A stretch of DNA of 64,000 nucleotides from NCBI RefSeq assembly GCF_009914755.1, contig NC_060941.1. The stretch is one strand, 5' to 3'. A program made the position numbers and the translations under genes. Source of the DNA: the human T2T-CHM13v2.0 reference genome, Homo sapiens. Under the pieces are notes generated by a model that saw only the letters and a program-made list of their open reading frames with translations, had not been told where the DNA came from and did not search any database. Shown here piece by piece: positions 55,678 to 64,000 of this stretch (position 1 is the stretch's first letter; every line of letters begins with the position of its first letter).

Positions 55678-56002
55678 CAGTCAGCCTTCCGTATCCAAGG
55701 GCTCTTCAGATTCAACCAACTGCAAATTGAAAATATTTTAAAATAAATAAATAAAAATTAACAGTGCAACAAAATAAAAAAAGACAAATGTTTAAAATGC
55801 AGTGTAACAACTATTTATATAACATTTACATCATATTAGGCAATCACAAGTAATCTAGAGATGATTTAAAGTACACACAAGGATGTGCACAGGATATATG
55901 CAAATACTACACCTTTTTATATCAGGGACTTGAGCATCCTCACGTTTTGGTATCCTCAGGGGCTCCTGGAACGAATCCCCTGAGGATATTGAAGGATTAC
56001 TG
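55678..56002. mobile_element. MER2-like TcMar-Tigger element
   Basis: Ends cagtcagccttccgtatcc and ggatattgaaggattactg(ta); internal aagtaatctagagatgatttaaagta. Confidence 0.8.
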
Positions 56003-56299
56003 TAATCTCAAATTATCTTAGGCTCAGAGAAATTCAATGAGATGTCCAAAATCACACAGTTACCATGAGTATATAAAGAACTATACTCACTAATGATGCA
56101 GTTTCAGAGAAATTTTTTTCAGAGCTTTTTTCCCCTTGCTTTAATTTTTTTTATATACCTAAAGTGACAGTGTTGAAGTTCCACCCAAATTCTGTCAAAT
56201 CCCATTTGATCTTTTCTGTGTATCTGCTCCCTGGGCTGCCCCCATCACTCGGCTTCCAACAGCCAGTCCTGCCGCTCTTCTCTGTAGCCTGCTTGGGCT

Positions 56300-56666
56300 T
56301 CTGAGCCACTTAACCTGCAGGCAGAGAGAGCTGGGAATGCAAGAGCCCACCCGCCTGCCCCCCACCCCACCTTGGCCATTAACCAGACTGTCAGATTGAG
56401 GAAAATGAAGTCAGGTCGCTAGCTTTGGGATAGGATAATTATGGGCTGGAACCTACCTTCCAATGTTCCTCCTGGGATCAGGCTGAAGCTACCCACTGTG
56501 GATTTTGCCTGAGATCATACCCCTGCACGGCTTCTTCTCCTTGCCTGCCCTGTTTCCCCTCCCCCTTCGCCAGTCTGCCCTGGGAGCCCTCGCATAATAA
56601 GTCACTTGCTTGTGAATCCTTGTTGCTTGTTGCGGTGTCTGCTTCTGGGAAACCTGACCTTAGGCA
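56300..56666 (+). mobile_element. LTR16-like ERVL LTR remnant
   Basis: aataagtcacttgc...gtctgcttctgggaaacctgaccttaggca 3' end. Confidence 0.6.
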
Positions 56667-57171
56667 CCACCTCACATATTTTCTTAACGGTGGTAGAAAA
56701 GGAAAGAAGCAAACAGGAGAGCAGGGAAAGAAGACAGAAAAGATGAAAAAGTGGTTTCACTTTGGATTATGGGCTGTCCTTTGTCAGTCATGGCCTCATA
56801 ACACATTAGACTGAAATTTCTGAGACATTTCTTTCCACACCACTGTTTCACATAATTGGTGCTTTTATGTCTAAAATTACAAAGAGACTATAACATTTAC
56901 AGTTTGCAAAATACTTGAGTAGGCTAGAGGGAACTCAGATTGGAAACTGGCAGCTGATGGGCTGAACTCAGCTCACTGATATGTTTGGTCTACACAGTAT
57001 TGGGTCACAGTGTTTTAAAACTGAATTCATTTTCAGCATTTTAAACCTAAAGTCACATGAAAATCCCTGCCTCTGGCTTCTCTTGAAAAGCTGGGCTATT
57101 TGGCAATGCCATGTGTACATGACTGTATGGCAGGAGTCATTTGGAGCTGAGTAATGGCTCACAATTAGGTA

Positions 57172-57545
57172 GTATATTAGTCAAGATAGAATGGACTCTG
57201 CTGAAATAGCAAATAAAATCGAAATCTTAGTGGTTTAATCCAAGGAAAGATGATTTCTTAGTCACTCAAAGTCCAATGAGGGTTGGTAAGCACTATAATC
57301 CAAACAGTGACTCAGGGATCCAGGATTCCTCCTTCTTGTGACTCACCTTATCAACAAGTAGCCTCCAAGGTCACTGGGGGAAGAAAGAGAAGGTAGAGGG
57401 AGGAACACGTGCTCTTAATTCCCTGAAATGTCATTTTTCTTCAGAGCCTGTTGACCAAAATTAATCCAATGGACCCAAGCCAACTGCAAAGGGGACAGGG
57501 AAATATGGGAGAGCACACAGAATCTGGTGAGCATTGTCTCTACCA
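57172..57545 (-). mobile_element. MLT1-type LTR remnant
   Basis: ttagtcaagatagaatggactctgctg...aaatcttagtggtttaa...cccagg. Confidence 0.55.
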
Positions 57546-58384
57546 TAGCGAGATATGTATTCTATTTTACCAACTCTCCACAGACCCTACTGCCTCCCTG
57601 AAACTGACATTTATTTTTCATTTATCATTTTACACAATCCTCTTCACTCATTACATTACTCTGGGTTAAAAGAACCTGTATGAAATTGGAGAGCGTCTGG
57701 AATCCTAAGAATACCTCACCTCCCTCTTCAGGACTGACATGATCTGAAGTAGCCAGGAGCTTTAGACAGGCCTCTCCAGGGAGGAAGAAGCCCTCCAAGG
57801 TCTTAAACAAACCCTTCATCCAGTGACTAAAAGATGCCCTTTTCCTAGACAGAGGTGACATCCAGTTTTTTCCGGAGGCCAGACCTATCACCAGCACCTA
57901 TTTCTGTCTCAACAGACACCGGCAACTGGCAAAAAAGAACCTTTTGAATAAATGTGATGTTTTCTCTCTGTTTGTCACCCAACATCTCCAAAAAAACCAT
58001 GTCTAAAATGGTGACTGAGTCTTCAAACCAGGCCACAAAATCTACTGAACAAAGAATGTGGTTGAAATTCCCCATGTGGCTGAATTCCCTATGTGGCTAG
58101 CTAGGCATGAAACTATCACTTAAAACCAATTCTATGGGAAATGATATTTCAAGGGCAAATAACTGACTTATGAACAGTTCTTACAATTATTGCTTTGTAA
58201 ACTAGAAATTACTTGCAATGAACTATCTGAAAGTGACTCATTAAAGGTCAATTTTTTCCCCTGGTTCTTGTATTAAAATTAGATTTCAAACTCCTTTTAC
58301 CCTCAGGGTAGAAGACACCTACAGTAACCAATTAATATCAATCAAAAGCTGAGAGAGTCCTTCACAGTCTTGGACAATTGCAAA

Positions 58385-58700
58385 AATCCTCTGCCTAATA
58401 GAACTATAATGTGAACTATGTATGTAAATTAAAAAACTTCTAGAAGTCACATTATATAGAGTAAAATAAGACAAGAAACATTAGTTTAAACAATAAATTT
58501 TATTTGACCCAATATGTCCAAAGTAATTTCAACAAATAATTAATATTAAAATATTGAAATGTTTTGTTCTTTTTTGTACTAAGTCTTTGAAATCCAATAT
58601 ACATTTTTTATACTGTAGCATATCTCAATTTGGTCTAGCCACATTTCAAAAGCACCATAACCCTTTGTGGCTGATGGCAACGTAGGGATTGCAGATCTAG
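58385..58700. mobile_element. MER33/MER3-like hAT element
   Basis: ctaatagaactataatgtga...ctagccacatttcaa...tgtggctgatggc. Confidence 0.7.
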
Positions 58701-59897
58701 ATGTCAAATTAGAGGAGTTAAGCTACAATATAAACTGCTTAACTATTAAAGAGGAATCAAGAATCCAAAGAAAGATATAATTCAATAGGATTTATTAAAG
58801 ACAGGCATCTTCTGTAAAGCTTAGCAACCAAGGAATTGCTAAATTAGGAGAGAATAGGAATTCTGAGTGCAAGACTGTGCGAGAAGTTGGTCAAGAAGGG
58901 AAGTGTCTTGGTTTTGGAGTCCTCCAAAAACTCACCTGGAGGCAAGGGCTTGGTGCAGGCTTTCCATCTGAGAGATGATTCCAGCAATCAAAAGTAGGGA
59001 ATGAGAAAAGTAAGATAAGATGGCAGGGGGGTTGGGGGAAGCCAACATGGGATTCTTTTATGAGAGGGTTACTATTGCTGGGAAGTTTTTAAAGACTCAG
59101 GTAGAACACACCTCCCAGTGTCTCTCTGATCATGTTGATGGGATGCCAGACAATGTGAATTTCACCTTACTGGATGCTGAATATTTCTGTCTTCCTATAA
59201 GTATTCTTGATCTTAGTTTTATGGTACAGTTACATTACTTGGAAACAGTTTGATTCTTTCTGGATTTGCTTTTAACATTTGTTGGGCAGATCCAGAAGAA
59301 TAGCATTGTCTTGATGCAGGAGGACCCAATTCAGTCTTCTCATTAATGGGCATAGGGAAGATCCTTTATATTGTCTGAGCCTCATTTGCTTCATTTTGGG
59401 TATTATCCACTGATTCCCATTTGTCATTGGTTGAGAGTTGCTCCTAGAAGCATTAAATCCTGTCACTTTCATCCTTGTATACAGGCTGAGAAAACTCCCA
59501 CGGCTCCTTTGAAACCCGCCCCCCCACCCTCTGCACCAAAGCAGGGATGCATGTGCTTGAGGTGGGAGAGCTGTCAGCAGGTATAGGAACCTCCCCTGAG
59601 CTGACAGGTAAATGCAGAGGAAGGCTGAGGGGCAGAGCATCAACCATTACCAAAAGGGGTTTTGTTTGTTTTTCCTTTTTGCAAAACAATTTTATTCAAG
59701 TGTAGTTAGCATGGAGTAAACCACACAAATTTAAGGAACACAATTTGATAAGTCTTTATTTTGCCTTTGTTTTTGAAAATATTTCTTCCTCTGTATAGAA
59801 TTATGGGTTGACAGATATATTTTTCTCTCCGGCTTTTAAAAATGTTGCTTCACTGTCTTCTTGCTTGCATTGTTTCTGATCAAACATGTGTTATTCT

Positions 59898-60071
59898 GAG
59901 ACCAGCTATGTTATTTGTGAGGCCCAGTGTAAAGTGAATATGTAGACCCCTGGTACAAAAATTATTAAAAATTTCAAGATGGCAACAGCAGGGCATTAAA
60001 CCAAGCATTGAGACTGTTCAAAGTGTACCTTGCGCAACTGCACAGGTTGTGTGCACAGGAAGCTGGTCCTG
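59898..60071 (-). mobile_element. MER45A-like hAT element
   Basis: aaaattattaaaaatttcaagatggcaacagcagggcattaaaccaagc...gaagctggtcctg. Confidence 0.7.
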
Positions 60072-60216
60072 CTGTTTTCATCTCTTTCTACCTCTAAAGA
60101 ACTTGGTTTTTAAAGTCTGTTTATAAGACTTTCTCTTCATTAGTCACTTTGAGCAATTTGAGTAGGATGTGCGCTGATGTCATTTTTTCCTATTTCTTGT
60201 ACATCCGTTTCATTGA

Positions 60217-60768
<552 letters not shown>

Positions 60769-63055
60769 TAGTTCACTTACCTTTTCTTCTGCAAGGTCTA
60801 ATCTGTCATTAATCTCATCCCATGTATTTTTCATCTCAGATGTTGTCATTTTTATTTCTATAGGTTTGATTTCTGGTTACATACATTTCACATCTCTACC
60901 TAACTTTTTCAACTTGAATTCAGTTATAATAACCACTTTAATGTGCTTGTCTGCTAATTCTGACATCTGTGTAAGCTATGGGTTTGTTTCACTTGATTGA
61001 TTTTCTTCTCATTGTGGGTCATTTTTCCTATTTCTTTGCACATCTGGTTATATTGATCAGATGCTAGACAGTGTGAATTTCACCTTGTTGGGTGCTGGAT
61101 ATTTTTGTCTTCCTACAAATATTTTTGAGCTTTGTTTTATGGTACAGTTAAATTACTTGGAAACAGTTTGATCCTTTCTGATTTTGCTTTTGAGATTTGT
61201 TAGGCAGGTCTAGAGCTAATTATTGCCCACTACTGAATCAAGACCTTTCTGACTAGCCTACTTAATTATGAGTTTTTCCAGTTTGGATGGTGGAAACAGG
61301 TATTACTTCCACCCTTGTGTGAACACAAAGTATTGTTCCCTCAAATTCTTTTGACTGGTCCTTTCCCTGGGTCTCACGTTGTTTTTGTTCTTACACAAGT
61401 GGACCAATCAGTACTCTATTGAGTTTTCAAGGTCTCTCTCTCTCTCTCTCTCTCTCCTCTTTGGTACTTTAGTCCTATGACCCCTAGCATCCTTAGACTG
61501 CCCAAACTCAGTTCTTTCTCCTCAACTCAGGGAATTCACTGGGCTCTTCCTGGATTTCTCCTCCTTGTGTCATGAACTGGAAACTCAGTGGTGTGAGCTG
61601 AGGCTATTATAGGATTCATCTCATTCATTTCTTGTCTCTCAGAGATCACTGTTCTTTGTTGTCCAATGTCCAGTGTCTTGAAAACCGTTGTTCTGTACAT
61701 TTTGTCTGATATTTGTTTGTTTGTTTTGCTGTTGTTTCTGGCCAGAGAGTCAGTCCAGTCCTTATCACTCCATCTTGGCCAGAAACACAAGTCCCTTTGG
61801 TTTTTCAACCTGTATTTTCCAAACAGGTCAGGCAGTTTATTAACACTTGACCTTAGTCAGAGGGTTAGCACGTGACTTATCTTCCAAGAATCTGATCCAA
61901 GACCATCTCCTTTATGAATCTTCTCCTGACATCTTTCACCTACCATTGCACAAGGTACATGGAATAAAGCTTATCCTATTCATGAGGGCTACATTCTGAG
62001 CACTTCATGATTTTCCATGGTGGTGTCTAATACAGCATTATTCTTCCTCTCAAAATGCTTCTGTTTTCTGGATAAGAGCAATTGCTTCCTTAGAAGAATT
62101 TAATTTTTCCTCATTTCCATCATCAATAGCATCTGGCTTTTGTATCAAGATTGTTTCTCCCAGACAATACTGAGAAAGTATTTTATCACAAGAAGGCAGC
62201 TGTGCTGGTGGCTACCATGGAGAACCATGCATCTCTGAGACACGGGCAACGAGAAGTCAGCTGGTCTCTTTTTGTTTGGTGCCTTGTTTCTGCTTATTAT
62301 TCTCAGCTCATCAGTTCATTCTGTGCCTCAGCAGAATTAAAATTACTGCACGTCACAGACCTGCATGACTGCTCACGGACTGCTGACATCATGAATACCA
62401 AATCGAGTTGTTATGGATCTAATTATACTTTATTGAATTTATTTCTTCATTTATTTCTTTACTGGACTCCTCCTTCTAGGCTATATATATGGAGCCCATC
62501 GAAGGCTGGGACTTGTCTTACAATTTTTTATTCCTCTGCCTAATTACAATCTCTGGCATAAAACAGGTATTTGCTGAATGAATGAATAAAAGCACAATAA
62601 GAAAAACGTACAAATCTCCAAACCTCTATGTATTACTAGAATGCCTGCACTTTGATGACCCTGTGTTTATATTTGTCACATTTTGGCTGTTAAAACATCA
62701 TTTTCAGCTGTTTGACAACTCACTTGTTTATGTTGCTTCAAACGTTTTAAATTTCTAACCTAATGGCTCATCTAGTGTCATTCTGCCACTTAGACTTCAA
62801 GACTAGAAAACAAGAAAGAGTGCAGCATAGTAGTATCATAGAATGTCTCAAGAATCCCTAGTGCAGGGATAAACACCTCTTGGAAGAGCTATCAGGACAT
62901 TATCATTTTACCACCATCACCCCTGAGGCTTCCTGAATGCTTATTATGTGCAGGGACTTCCAGAGCTTTACTGTGGCAAAGTCAATCCGTTTTTGCTTTT
63001 CAAACTGATAAAATACTTAGAGGCCATGCATGCCAAGACACATTTCTATTATCAC

Positions 63056-63378
63056 ACTTGGCCCTCCACCATATCAATGGGTTCCACATCCACAGATTAA
63101 ACCAACTAGAGATTAAAATGTTCAGGAAGAAATAAAATAAAATAAACCAATACAACAATAAGTAATACAAATAAAAATATAGGATAACAACTATTTACAT
63201 AGCATTTACATTTCACTGGGTATTTTGAGTCATCTAAAGGTGATTTAAAGTGTACTGGAGGATGTGTATAGGTTGTATGTGAATACTATACCCTTTTATA
63301 TAAGGGACTTGAGCATCTTCAGATTTTGGTATACACAGGAGGTCCTAGAATCAATCCCTGCAGATACTGAGGCATGAC
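63056..63378. mobile_element. Second MER2-like element, same orientation as 55678-56002
   Basis: ataacaactatttacatagcatttacat...gatttaaagt...agggacttgagcatc shared with the first copy. Confidence 0.8.
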
Positions 63379-64000
63379 TTTTTTTCTGTTTTAAACATCA
63401 GGAAAATGAGGATCCCAGTACAAAGAAACTTTATTAGCAAAGAAGACTGGAATTGGACCCTCCTGTGTAAGCACAGTGTGGTTCCAGCAGCTCAGTATGA
63501 AACTTTAACTTTCTCACTGGTTCACTTTTATCTCTGAAGGATAAACCCTCCAAGGTGTTTGGTTACTAGAGCAGTGGATCTGATAACTCTTCACTGGCCG
63601 CTGTCTGGGACAGGATCAGGATTTAATGTGAACTATTTGAAGGCTTCAGATGAAGGGCCATGCAGCCGAACATTTAGTCATGTTCAAAACATCAAACATC
63701 TGAGGGACTGAACTATGTTTATCCAGACCTGGCAATTCCTGCATCCAAAACTATTTTCCTGGAGCATCTTGGAGGATTAGTCTTTGCCAGAAAGCATTCC
63801 TATAATTTTTCTCACCATCGCTACTCTCTACGTGCAGATGATGGGATGGCACCTGCCTGTTTGGCTGCACGCAGGGGCCGGAGCACAGGGACATCAAAAC
63901 ACAGTTCTCACCCAAATGATTACAGATACTTCGGCTCAGCACAGCCCTCCCAGCATGCACATGGGGACACTATGGCCATTTGAAGTCCCTGGATGTACAG

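Overview
Human/primate genomic DNA containing the complete PMP22 gene (peripheral myelin protein 22; dosage-sensitive CMT1A/HNPP gene) on the minus strand, ~7786-43333. It has two alternative non-coding first exons (1A/P1 at 43161-~43333, 1B/P2 at 40436-~40560 in a CpG island) and four coding exons (38657-38734, 37101-37200, 17479-17619, 8925-9088) with canonical GT-AG sites, giving an intact 160-aa ORF, plus a ~1.1-kb 3'UTR. Introns hold the MIR4731 hairpin, a sense U13/SNORD13 retrocopy, an EGR2/SOX10/TEAD motif cluster matching the known intronic enhancer, a (CAG)12 repeat and alternative intron-4 exons. The rest is mostly transposon remnants (L1, L2, Alu, MIR, THE1/MLT/LTR16, MER elements) and microsatellites. 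Almost all other ORFs in the track are repeat-derived or chance. I see no new multi-gene system. The best leads are untested regulatory hypotheses: a stop-free circularisable exon 4 between inverted Alus, three Pumilio elements in the 3'UTR, a possible spliced antisense transcript crossing P1, co-oriented CTCF-like motifs, an internally deleted L1 and a multi-hairpin element. Repeat subfamily names and boundaries were assigned by eye and are approximate.
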